NCBI RefSeq assembly: GCF_006345805.1
Contig: NC_043000.1
Location: 103,602,001-103,666,000, forward strand
Direction: 5' to 3'
DNA from: Octopus sinensis
Taxonomy: Eukaryota
Length of the DNA: 64,000 nucleotides
This document shows positions 23,760 through 36,578 of this stretch, in pieces (position 1 is the stretch's first letter; each line of letters opens with the position of its first letter). A program made the position numbers and the translations under genes. The notes under the pieces were generated by a model, which did no database searches, was not told where the DNA came from, and saw nothing but the letters and a program-made list of their open reading frames with translations.

Positions 23760-25150
23760 ACTCCTCTAGCCTTCTTTCTGTTCTTCAGGCAGTTAATCAT
23801 GGTTGTCAAGGTGCTCGAAAATGCTTTCTGAAAGCATTCCTGTTAATAGCTTCCACACTAATAGTAAGCAAGTGATTGGGCTATAATTGCTAGTTGTATT
23901 ACCCCGCTTTTATCTTTCATAAGGAGTATTGTTCTCCTTCTAGTCATCCAATCTGGTATTGTTCCTCCATTAAAGCAATCCTAAAGTTATTCTCTCATCC
24001 TTCCATGTAAACTACTAAATTTCTTTAGCCAGTACTCTTGAACTAAATCTGGTCCTGGGCCCTTCCAATTTGGCACTTTTCCCTAACACTTTACTCATTA
24101 ATGCACTGGTTAGTATTAGATTGGCTGCTTCTCACTCACTACTTCTTCCCTCACTTTCTTTAATCATACTGCATCTCCATTATGATTGACTGGCTTATCC
24201 TAAATATTACTCCAGAACTTTCTAGCTTCTTCTGCATTAGGTATCTCATCTTCAGTACTTTTTTCTCCATTATTTATTTGGTTATAAAATCTCCTGTGGT
24301 CTATCTCAGATAATTTATTCTATTGATACTGATCTATTCTTTTCTGATATCTGGAAAGCTTACCTGCTACTGTTATGATACGCCGATTTCAACTCTTCTA
24401 TCACTGTCCCAAATCCTTTCTATTTGACTATGATTCTTTTCTCGTGTTTCCTAACTTGTTCAGTTTCCAGGCTTCTATTCTACTCAGATCTTGTCTTAAA
24501 CTCTTCACTTTATTTTGTAGACTCCTTTTCCACATTTTCTCTTTCCTAATCTTTCCTTGTGGAATATCTAATCTTCTAGTAACTACTACCCCTCCTGCAT
24601 AGATCAGTAAGTTAGTGTCTCCTATATTTTTTATATCTATCCTACTGATAATAGAATCTACTTTCCTAGTCATATCTAACAGCTTCCTCCTGTTGGTACC
24701 TTTTAATGTTGGCAATCGTTTTCTTACTTCTTTACTCATTACTTCTAACAACTCATCTAAAATCTTCTGGTCTTCTTCACTTAAATCACCTTAATCGCTG
24801 GTGCCAGTTGTCCCTTTCTTATTGGTAATGCTATTATTATTTTTTCCGTTAGGTTCTTTGGTTTGATATATATCTCTTATGATTTTTTGTTTTTGTTTTT
24901 CCTGCTGCTTGATCTTTCTCTCCTTTGTGATCGCTTCCACCTCCAATTCTGTTATCCACTTTCTTCTCTTAATAGCATTAGCTTGATCTACTAGTCTCTG
25001 CTCAGTCACTTTAAAAGTGCTAACATCCGTTTTATATAGCCCCTTCTTTTAGGTTCACTTTCTAAGTAGCACTGCTTCACTATCCTGTTTTCTTCGCCGG
25101 TCCACTTCCTCCTCCTTAATCCTAAGACAGCATCTGCTGATGCTGTCTTA
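23760..25150 (-). mobile_element. 5' half of an R4/Dong-type LINE ORF, degenerate
   Basis: [42 protein letters not shown] motifs. Confidence 0.85.
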
Positions 25151-26769
25151 GGATAACAGCTGTGGTCAGTATGCATCTTTATTGAACCACTGCCAAGCGA
25201 GAAGCCTTCTCTTAAAGATCCAACCTCATTTTCAGTTATAACAAGAGTTTCTTGGCGAAATGTTGTCGCTCATAAACTGAAGTAAGGAAACGTTCGTAAC
25301 CATCGTCTTCACCACTATTATTTTTCGATGTTTGATAGTTTCATGTAACTTTCTATTGCATCACTTGTTCACTTTCGTGCTGGTGAGGTGTGTTCTTCAT
25401 TTTTTTTTATTTGTTGAGGAATATTGTATTGCATCAGTATGTTTTGTTATGGCGTTTGGTTTGATATTTTTGTAGTATTAGACTTTGTATTGTATGTTGT
25501 TTGTGTTGTGCAGGTTGTGTTCTTCTGTTGGGTATCGAACTTCTATGGTACATCTTGTGGACTTTGTTAATTTTATTGAGTATTCACTGCATGAGTTTAT
25601 TACCGTATGTTTTAGGATGAGTGTTGCATAGTAGTGTGTGAAAATCATAAATCAACCGTTTAATTGTATTTAAGGTTATCTGTCCATCGTTCTTTTTTGG
25701 TTGGTTTCGTTATGGGTCCGTTTTAACAGCGTTTACTTTTTGACAAAACACCGTCCATGGATATGTGTTGATCTCGTATTTATGATTATTATTGATGTAT
25801 AAGCGAGAGAGCGAGAAGAAACAGCAATGTGCTAATATAGAGAAGGTTTGTATAGATATGAATGGATGCATATGTGATTAAAATTTTACTCAGAGGCATG
25901 CAGTTTTCGTATAGAGGTATGGCTCTGGTGAGGCATCTGAGGGAAGCCATTTTTTATATACATATACTCCATATTAGAAAAATCTTTCGGTTTCCTGAGA
26001 TGGCTTACATTAAAACATAGTTTTCCTTCATTGTTTTGCGGATTCTTTATTCCTGCTTCGTGATTGTTTCAGATTTGATCTATCTTCCCGGAAGCTCGCT
26101 GTCACACGTCCATGCTGATCATCATCATCATCATCATTATCCCCCTCCTCCTCCTCCTCCTCCTCATCATCATCATCATCATCATTATTAATATTATTAT
26201 TATTTCTTCTAATTTTGGCGCGTGGCCAACAATTTTAGGGGAGAGAGATAGTCGAGTATATCGACCCAGTACTCGACTGACACTTATGTTATCTACCTCG
26301 AAAGAATGGAAAACAAAGTTCACCTCGGCGGAATTTGAATTCAGACATAAAGCCGTAAGAAACATTGCTAATTATTTGCCCAAAGCGCGGACTGTTCTGC
26401 CAATTCACCGCTTTAAATTGCTTCAAATTTTGACACAAGGCCGTCAGTGTTTTGACGGTAAGAGGACATCGATTACATCAACCCCAGTGTTTGACTGGTG
26501 CTTATTTTATCGACCCCGAAAGGACAAAAGGTGAAAGCGACTTCGGCGGTTTTATTGAACTCAAAACATAAAGAGCCCGAAGAAATGTTCGACATTTTAC
26601 CGATTCTACAAGTTACTGCCACCAAAGTCTAACCGTTCATGCAACGGACACGTATACAATCGTTTTACAAAATATGTGAAGATAAAAAAAAATTAATCAC
26701 ACAATAAATACAATTTTAAAAGATATTATTTAAAGAATGAAGAAAGAAAATAACGCAAACGACCCACTC

Positions 26770-27720
26770 ATACATGAGGATTCACCAGTGGCGCTGGATC
26801 AGAGCATTCCACAACTTTGTCTTCTTGTTTCTCCGTGCGTTGGAACCTGGTGTGCCAAAAGACTCCGTGAGTACTTCGTTTGGCGTGGAAAATTTCATTC
26901 CGAGTCCTCCAGACAGGCGACTTTCAACTTATGAAAGTTTAACAGCGTGACTATTAGTCTATTATCCAAGTATCTTTTGAAATCTTCTGACCGTATTTCT
27001 GCATCTTCAAAACAGTAACTTGCTCATTGTGTTTCTTGAAGCCTTCTACTATTTCAACTAGAAAAATATTAGGGCTTCGCACAGCCGCGAAATTCGAGCC
27101 TTGGGGTACAGTCCCATCCTTGCACATTCTAGTTGTCTTCCCTTGGTATAGACCTTTCTTATTTGGAATCGTTTTTCTCTCCTGTCTCTTTGCTCTATCC
27201 ATCAATGTTTTTTTCCCACCTTTGTTAACTTTCCATGCTGTACTCACTGTCACAAAACGATGGGACAGCACAGCCAGGGAAATACCCTAGACTTTCTGGT
27301 CAACCGTTTTTTGGTCATCGGATTTTGAAATTGACGACGGTAAGAGTCATAGCTATCTTTGGCGATGATGTCGAAACAGGGTTCTCGAGACCGGCTATTG
27401 TTGGTGTGATTCCTGTTGCTCTCTCTATTTTCGCATTGAAGTTCTCCTGAACAGAAGACTCCTAAATGGCCCTAATTTCCACTCGTCTAATAGCGAGAAC
27501 TTCTGCTTCGCAGTACGAGTGCCATGGCTTTTCCTTCTGCGCCCTCAGTAGGACACCACTCAAACAAAGTTCTGTAATCTTCGTGAATCATTATCTGCTG
27601 AGATTCATACCGTTCCTGGCCACCCCAGCAATCACACTTTGTCTATGTAGAGGGAATGTGATCTTTAAGATCAGGGTGGCGTGTAGGATGACGTCAGCAG
27701 CTGGGGAGCTGACCGGAACT
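26770..27720 (-). mobile_element. Highly degenerate LINE ORF1-like segment
   Basis: YQGKTTRMCKDGTVP resembles YLGRRTSRIRVEGIP of the other ORF1 copies; GC-richer than the flanks. Confidence 0.35.
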
Positions 27721-28408
27721 TGGGGCTGACCGGAAGAGGAAGGGACAGGACTGACGCACGCGCAGACAGGGGAGGATTGGACCTTTTCGATCGGGGTAGC
27801 GGACAGAGCTGGACGTGTGAGCGCTTTGTCAAGGTAGGTGAAAAGCAGCTGCTATTTCTAACATTCGGATTGGGCCACGTGGAAGGGCGCGTTACCGCTG
27901 GGGAGGTCTACGTCGACGAAGAGAAGGTAGGTGTCTCTATTTCAAATCTCCCGCATACACCACATATATTGATGACACAGAGGTGACCACAAGTGTAGGG
28001 ATAAGTGTATTGAGGCACAAGTGTATTGAAGCACGAATTCGGCCTCCATTTTCATCCCATTTTCAACTTTAAAATAACTTACACGCGGTACTGTAATTCT
28101 TTTCTTAGCCTATAGAGAACATATCACTCCCACAAATCGGTAAGAATTACCTCTAATTGTTGTCTTGAAAGCCTGAGGAAACCCGCTCCTATTCTAGCTG
28201 TGTAGAGACAGGTAACTTTCCTATTTTTTCGTTTTCTAATTAAAAAGTAAACGCCAATAGAGGCACACCATTCTTAGCTGCAAAATACCACCAAGTAGAT
28301 TTCATCTCACTCTGATAATTTATGTCCAACATCTGTTTATTGTTAGCATCGCTGACAAATGAGAAAATTGTTTCATTCATTTGTCGATCAATGTGTGTGT
28401 GTGTGTGT

Positions 28409-28470
<62 letters not shown>

Positions 28471-28766
28471 GGCGAGCGCGTTCACTTGCAGCCTCTTTAA
28501 TAAAAGCCATCTAATGCACGTGCTGCAAATAAATTTATGGAACACTTGTCAGTTTTATTCATAACATTACTTGGAATGTTTTAGCATTTAGAAAGTCGCC
28601 AAGAGCAATATTTGGATAAATGGCCATTGTATTTCCACAGCAATGTTTATTGTTGAATAATTCTCCGTTCTTTCTTCTCTCTCTCTCCCTCTCTCTCCCT
28701 CTGTGTCTCTATTTCTCTCTACATCCCTTTCTCTCCCTTTAACCCCCACGCATACAAAGATATATA

Positions 28767-29644
28767 TCTTTATATATATAAAACTGAGAATGTGTGTCTG
28801 TCTGTCTGTCTGTCTGTGTGTTTCCCTAAAACGTGAGAACTACACAACCAATTTCATTCAAATTTTACACATGCCTTACTTAGGGTCCGAGGAGTGTCAT
28901 CGGCAAAACATTTTTTAACTTTTTGCCTAGGGCGAGCCCACAGCAATATCATATCTTCTCCACTAAGATTCCCTAAAACTTGAGAACTACACAACCAATT
29001 TCATTCAAATTTTACACATGCCTTACTTAGGGTCCATGTAGTTTCATGGGCAAAAAAAATGTTCAACTTCTTGCCTAGAGTGAGCCCATAGCAATATCAT
29101 ATCTTCTCCACTATTTCAGTATTACGTGTTAAAAGTGAAACAAAAATATTTCTCTATTTTATGTCAGATGCTTTCACTTTAACAATAAAAATAATAATAA
29201 CAATTGAATTATATGTAGTAAGTAATAATTAAAATCAAACTAAAGTATAATATAATCGTAACATACAAAAGTAAAAATAGCAATTGGTTTAAAATTGCAT
29301 CAATGATTTGAACTTGAATAAGTGGTTTCACATGAATGGGAATAAATTAAAAATAAAATTAGCGTGCAGAAATGGAATAGTCTAGATGGATAATAAAAAA
29401 TTTATTTAAAGAAAAGACTATTGTCTATAAAGTATACAATGTAGAGAAAAAAAGAAGAGCTAACAATTCCAGTCTGTTATATATTTTGAGTATTATCACT
29501 AGTGATATCAAGATATAACTTTGTATTTTGCATTTTATGTGTAGATGTATATATATAGATGTACATGTAATATATACACATATATATACACATATATACA
29601 TGCACTAGCACTATGACCCGGCAACGACGGGTCTTTAATGCTAG
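28767..29644 (+). mobile_element. Non-autonomous Helitron with an internal ~148-bp tandem duplication
   Basis: A|TC start, hairpin gacccg-gcaacga-cgggtc, CTAG|T end; repeats at ~28823-28965 and ~28971-29113. Confidence 0.8.
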
Positions 29645-29703
29645 TATATATATATAAATTGAGATAGGGGTTGTGAGTGCAACCCACCATGGGATAACAT
29701 GTA

Positions 29704-29865
<162 letters not shown>

Positions 29866-30020
29866 GGGTTAAGTTGCTTCACCACATACCGAAAATTTAG
29901 AAATAGCGGCCAACGATAGCTCATTCCTTTTTACTGCAGATATTACTCCACAGATAACAATATTTGTAACTCACATAGGCAAAAAGAAGTAAAATAACGA
30001 AATCAAAAAGTCTTCGATTA

Positions 30021-30078
30021 ATTATGGACGCGTTTCTGGGTTAGAATTATACAAATTCATTCCCGGCGTCAGCACAAT
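30021..30078 (-). ncRNA. Hammerhead-like motif (core variant CUGACGC)
   Basis: attgtg-CTGACGC-stem II-GAAA-CGC-GTC-cataat; stem I pairs; GAAACGCGTC palindromic stem III. Confidence 0.5.
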
Positions 30079-30383
30079 ATTTCGATAAATTTGAAAATGG
30101 TGGGAACCTACCCTTTGCATCCCGATCCAGCGCCATCGGAAAATAACAGAAGTCAGCACATAAAAATTTATATAGACGAGTGAATTCGTATTTTCCCGCC
30201 AAGATTACCTTGTGCGTCACAAGATAGCAAAGAAACCTGCAGTTTGTTATACGGGAGTGAGAAATTCATTACAAATATAAGGGTAAAAGTATTATTAATT
30301 TAATAATTAATAAATTTTACCAAGTTGTTTCGGTATGTAAAGAGAACCATTATCGGTAGGAACTTTTACAAAATACATATATT

Positions 30384-30421
<38 letters not shown>

Positions 30422-30594
30422 AATTGAGATAGGGGTTGTGAGTGCAACCCACCATGGGATAACATATAACCAATATACTGCCAGTAAAGCACCCAACAAA
30501 GTTAATACATAAATGTTAAGAATTGCAATGCAATTAATTCATTTATTGTATTATATGGGCAAAGGTAAAATGTTTTACCACAAATTCCTAATAC

Positions 30595-31003
30595 AAAATA
30601 AGAAAATGGAGGAATACACCTTAATCAATAACCAACTACCAGATAATACCCATTCACAAAATTTATTAACCAACTACATATGAACATCAAGGTCAAACAC
30701 AATAATACAGAACTCATTAGTTCTATAAATTAGCTCTTTAGTGTAGTGGTCCTAAGTAGGGATGGGTACATCTTTCATTGATTAATTGATCAGTATCTTC
30801 TCCATTTTACTAGCAGTAATTATCCTACAGGAATTAATGCACTATACTTGGGTACACTAAAGAGCTAATTTATAGAACTAATGAGTTCTGTATTATTGTG
30901 TTTGACCTTGATGTTCATATGTAGTTGGTTAATAAATTTTGTGAATGGGTATTATCTGGTAGTTGATTATTGATTAAGGTGTATTCCTCCATTTTCTTAT
31001 TTT
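30595..31003. repeat. 151-bp near-perfect inverted repeat (30595-30745 / 30853-31003), 107-bp spacer
   Basis: Direct reverse-complement comparison; one mismatch seen. Confidence 0.95.
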
Positions 31004-31063
31004 ATATATATATATATCACGTTTGACGTGAATCCCAAGACAAGAAAGAATCGCCCATGTCAA

Positions 31064-31127
<64 letters not shown>

Positions 31128-31279
31128 ATATATATATAAATTTTGATGAAGTTAGTGGATAACGAAAGAATAAAAAATATACACATGAATTCTTCAGTAT
31201 AGCAATTAGAATATATAGAAATTCTACGTCACAACAATCTATCTATTGAATATGCTAGACATTTTTAGAAGAATTATGC

Positions 31280-31835
31280 ATATTATATCATATGAAAAGC
31301 AATTATGATTAGTGGGCTGTTTAGAATTGAAATATTTAAATGCTTTTCTATATTTGTGAGAACATTTCAATGTAAAATTACCCTTATAATCTAATAATAT
31401 TAATTTAGAAGTAATTATAAAATACATTTCCTCAAGGCAAAATTTACATTTAGAATTACTAGTATTGTACGATGGTGCATAACTAATAAAGGACCATTTT
31501 AAATCATACTTAACGTTCTTATCTTTTAAATCTCAAAAGCATTTATCAACTTTCATAGAATTACCTTTTATTCTATACTCAAATGAATAAGAATGATCAT
31601 GAAATCTAGATTTTCATATTGTAACAGACGAACCTATGCTATAACTCTTACGATCTCCTGTTATTACCTTACATTGATACATTATATTCTTCCTTGAACA
31701 CTGATTTTCTAAGGGACAGATAATTTTGTTTTTACACAGGCATTTATTTACATGTATGTGATATTCGTGGTTAAAAGAATTAGTACTAATCCTGCTCTCA
31801 GAAGTAGGTGCTAAAGCAGGATAATTATCAGTCAT
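31280..31835 (-). mobile_element. Penelope-like element, GIY-YIG endonuclease C-terminus (degenerate)
   Basis: CPLENQC, IMYQCKV, YSIGSS, KSRFHDH, YDLKWSFI, CKFCLEE, CSHK. Confidence 0.88.
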
Positions 31836-32120
31836 ATAATTATTAAAACTAGTTGACTTGACTGTATTATCGGAGTCGAAATTACTTTTTACTTAAAGTA
31901 TTAAAAACTAGTTCTGGAAACTTATCATTAGAGTTAATTTAATAATTCATAATATCGATCCCGGAAATGATAGAATATTAAATATGATGAAAATAGTGAG
32001 AGTATCTGTTGGGGAAGAAAGGATTTGACATGCAAATGGCACCTTGGGCAAGTGTCTTCTGCTAAAAGCTTGGGCCTTGTGAGAGGATTTGGTAGACGGA
32101 AACTGAAAGAAGCTCGTCGC

Positions 32121-32155
<35 letters not shown>

Positions 32156-32183
32156 GTGTAGGTATCAGGTACCATTTTCTTCT

Positions 32184-32239
<56 letters not shown>

Positions 32240-32837
32240 ATATATACACATATATGTATGTGTGTGTGTATGTATTTATGTAAGTATGCGTGTATGTATG
32301 TATGTATTTGCCCCCAACATCGCCTGACAACCAATGTTGGTGTGTTAACGTCCCCATAACTTAACGGTTCGGCAAAAGACACCGATAGAATAAGTACTAG
32401 GCTTACAAAGAATAAGTCTTGGTGTCGATTTGTTCGACTAAAGGTGATGCTTCAGCATGGTCGCAGTCAAATGACTGAGACAAGTAAAAGAATAAAAGAA
32501 TAAACGAATATATATAGGGATATGCACGCACACACACACACGCACATACACACACACACAGACGCGCGCGCGCGCATGCACATGCGCACACGCACATAAA
32601 TATATAAAATAGACGAGTAGTATATCCTTGGGTATGGTGTATAACCGGAGTCAGAAAGTAAGACGTGAAACTAATGGCAACTTTCTGACAGGTTACATAC
32701 CAATACCAAGGGTAAACTACTCGTCTCCATAAAATATAACTGCTCAAAATTTCTTTTAGAGTGTGCTTTTTACCGGACTAATAGACAATTAACCAATTGC
32801 ATATATGCAAACATATATATACACCCCCCATATATAT

Positions 32838-33212
32838 ATATTGCAAATAAGAAAATGGAGGAGAACAATAGTTGGTTCATCAACTTTAGGACATTAAAAT
32901 GTTAACTTATTTATTTATCAAAATGATAAGTGTAATAACATACATATAGCATATTATTCTATGCAAATAAAATAAGAATACAAGTAATTATTAAAAAACA
33001 TGAATATATATTAGTAAAATAACTTACAGCTGTTTCAGCCCATAGATAAAAGCATCTCATTCTGCCTATATTAGTCAAGTGTATTGCGGTAATAGGCAGT
33101 TGAAAATAAGGTACTTGTATATATCTCTAGGCCTCGTCAGAGATTATAAAATACAATCATAATAAATATAAATATAAATATAAAACAAAATACACACATA
33201 TTTGAACATATA

Positions 33213-33263
<51 letters not shown>

Positions 33264-33275
33264 TATATATAATAT

Positions 33276-33321
<46 letters not shown>

Positions 33322-33594
33322 TGGTTATAGATAATTAATTATACATACTGAAATATACATACATATCCATATCCATGAGTACATATATAATATTCATGTA
33401 TTACTAATATTATTATTATTATTAATAATATTAGATTACATGTATTCTGCTATTCACAATAAATAGTATATGAAATATAAGATATAGAATATATATAATA
33501 TATAAACAGATGTTTATGAAAGATGTAAGCATATTAATTTTACAATCAATATATCATACAGTTAACATGGTTATTTCAATATTATTCTGCATAT

Positions 33595-33626
<32 letters not shown>

Positions 33627-34030
33627 ATATATATATATATATATGGGTAACAAACACATGTATATGTATGCATACACATACGCACAAATATACTCACATA
33701 TATAAAATTCTTTTTCCATTTCATCATACTAAAATATACATAAGTATTATATTTTCAGGTGTAATAAAGTTCACAGACTAAGAGATAAGCTTTGTGAGCT
33801 TTCTTTTCGTTATTTATTAATATTTTAGTAGTTTAAATCTTACGGGGAGTGGCGAGAGATGATTAATAATTTCTTAATAATTACTTGTATTCTTATTTTA
33901 TTTGCATAGAATAATATGCTATATGTATGTTATTATAATTATCATTTTAATAAATAAATAAGCTAAAATTTTAATGTCCTAAAGTTGATGAACCAACTAT
34001 TGTGCTTCTCCATTTTCTTATTTGCAATAT
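32838..34030. repeat. ~157-bp inverted repeat (32838-32994 / 33874-34030), roughly 90% identical by eye
   Basis: Reverse-complement match; shares the aaataagaaaatggag terminus with the 30595 repeat. Confidence 0.85.
33019..33147 (-). ncRNA. Type-I hammerhead ribozyme motif with a long stem II insertion
   Basis: ataatct-CTGACGA-ggcctagagat...atctatgggct-GAAA-CAGCT-GTA-agttat; extra hairpin ctgcctat/ataggcag inside loop II. Confidence 0.6.
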
Positions 34031-34439
34031 AAATTAATGGTAAAATATCTCTTTACCTTCACCTATTTAGTACACTAGGTAATATAATTGCAATGCAATA
34101 AAAAAACACTTGTGTATTAATAATTGCGTATTATACCAACAGTATATTGGATAGCTATTATCTCTTAGTGGGTTAGACCCACAACCCTTAACTTTCTTGG
34201 AGTCATATATATATAAATAACGCGCTTTCGTACGGTTTCAGCCAATCAAATTCACTTGCAAACTACGGGTAGGTATAGTGGAAGACATTACCCTAAGGTT
34301 TCGTGCAGAGGGACTAAACCCGAAACATCATGATTGTGGAGCGAGCTTCTTAACCAGATGTATGTGTGTGTGTGTGTGTGAGTGGGTTGGTGTTTGTGTG
34401 TTTGTGTGGGGGTATGTACACGCGCGCGTGTGTGTGTGG

Positions 34440-34485
<46 letters not shown>

Positions 34486-34557
34486 AGAGAAAAAAAGATA
34501 GAAGCTATATGACTAATTACAGAAACTTACATATACTCGTGCATACTATAAGCTTAC

Positions 34558-34678
34558 TGAACATGTTTCAGTAAGCTGATCATAAACACACGTCCAGAGG
34601 AAATACATGACAACCAAATTAATTTTCCTATTGGTTCTGGTGCTGCTAATAGTCAGGTGGTAGTGCCAGCTGGGTTGA
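34558..34678 (-). other. Candidate 121-nt exon (possible 5' UTR exon of the micro-exon gene, or part of another gene)
   Basis: Long pyrimidine tract ending ttttcccattgcag and donor TCA|gtaagc, same strand as the micro-exon gene. Confidence 0.35.
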
Positions 34679-34829
34679 CTGCAATGGGAAAAAAGAAAAA
34701 AGAATAAAATATATAGCTGTTCATTTATCAATCTTGAACATCTGTTGCGTCATATCTTGATGTATTGTTGAACAGTCAACGATGTTGGAAAGCATAAAGA
34801 TTAAAGATGTAGTTGAGAAAAAGTTAGGT

Positions 34830-35570
34830 GACATGGAAAAGAGTTATCTATATCATGATAATTCGTGCCAGGTATCAAAACTCCAACATCATGACTGCTG
34901 CTCATTGCAGGGTGAACACTGTAAACGCTGTAAGACGTGACATGGACAGCAACAATGGAAACGACGAAGCCGTGGCCAGCAGGAAGGGACACAATAGGGG
35001 TTCTGATTGCGTCCGCACGCCGAAGTTCACTCCCATGTCTTTGAATAGGACCTTAGGCTACATTTGGATAGGCATGTGAAGTTGTTGAAGACTATGGTCA
35101 AACCCGGGCTAAAGAGAGTTGCTGCCGGAAGGCCATATGTGTGACAGCAGTATTCAGCTCTTTGGCATACCTTCGGAAAGAGTCAGAAATGGTTGTCGGA
35201 GAAATTCTACGGCTTCACCAGCCCCAGTTTCTGGCCTTCTATTCACCCCGATTGTTAACCTATGGATTACTATGTGTAAGGTACAGTTGAGAAAGACACC
35301 AACCGCCTTGCCTGCATCACCAAGGCCGAACTAGTGGCCAAGATCAAGGAGGTGTTCGAAAATCTTCCCAGAAACATAGTGAGGAACAAATGCGCAAGGT
35401 TCCGGCGCCGTTTTGAGGTCTTAGAGAACAGCTACTTTGAGTAAACTGTTATCTCCCAACAATAATCTAGGTGATATTTGTTGATTTTTTAAAATACTTT
35501 TATTTTAAGATAGGATGCCGTGTTTTGGTTTCCTTATATGCAAACTGTCAAATTTATCTCGAACACCCAA
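34830..35570 (+). mobile_element. Degenerate Tc1/mariner-superfamily transposase relic
   Basis: KPWLKRVAAGRPYV, WLSENF, FWPSIHPDC-PMDYYV, KAELVAKIKEVF. Confidence 0.8.
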
Positions 35571-36137
35571 TACATCAAACATGCTCTCTCAATTGATTTG
35601 TTGTGAGAGTTTACGCCCTTAATATCTTCATATTCCAACATTAACCCTCACTCTGTTTTACCCTATACTATAAAGTTTAACTGAATGAGTAACGTTAGTC
35701 TTTATGAATGTCGGAACGTAAATGACATAAGATAAAGAAAGGACTATGTATATAACATAAATTAGATGAAGTGTGCAAGACTGCACTTATATGAATGTGT
35801 CATGTGTATGGAGGATGACATTTTGTGGTAGGAGCTTGTGGAAAAAGAATAGAGAGAGAAAGGAGTGTGTGTGGGGGGGGGGGGTGATTCGAAATTGTAC
35901 AAAACACACCCCAAAACAAAGGGCAGAAAGAAATGAGTGAACAACAATTAAGGTGTATTTATCTCACAGGAAAATTGGAGTTGACGTTTCGAGCCTATGC
36001 TATTCTAAACAAAGGACTGAGGGGAGAAAAACAGATGGAGAGAGAGAGAGAGAAGGAAAAGCGAAGAAAGAAAAACATGTCTCTGGATTAACGGCCGCAC
36101 ATGTTGAATTAACTGGAAGGAAGTGGTTGGAAACAAG

Positions 36138-36578
36138 GGATCTTTTCGGTTTGAACGGCAGTTTTTAACACAATTTCTAGGTAACTAAAAAATTTTAAAC
36201 TTCGTATATTGGTAGAATGTGTTTATAAAACATCTTTTTCTCTTGGCTTTATTGAGAAAATTCTATAGTTTGTAAGATATTTGTTGTTTTTTTTCCTTCA
36301 ATTTCTGCAATTTCAACCAATCAATTACGTCTATTGAGGTAAAAAGCATTCTGTGCCGTATGAATATGTCCCTCGTTTAAGAAACAGATTGGGTTTATTT
36401 ACATTTGTGAAGAAAAAAAAGATACCCTTCCCCCCACCCCTAACCCTAACCCTAATCCTAACTAACCCTAACCCTAAAACAGATAGAAATGCAATAGATC
36501 GATACTAGGATCATAATTATGGGTGACAATTTCATATGACACCGCTAGAAAAAACTGCCGTTCAAACCGAAAAGATCC
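36138..36578. mobile_element. GGATC-ended MITE with internal (CCCTAA)n and 8-bp TSD
   Basis: ~30-bp TIR ggatcttttcggtttgaacggcagttttt; TSD gaaacaag at 36130-36137 and 36579-36586; telomeric repeats ~36438-36477. Confidence 0.88.

Noticed and set aside
34596-34656. Plus-strand signal-peptide-like MTTKLIFLLVLVLLIV
   Set aside because: No supporting downstream plus-strand exons; the minus-strand splice signals here are stronger.
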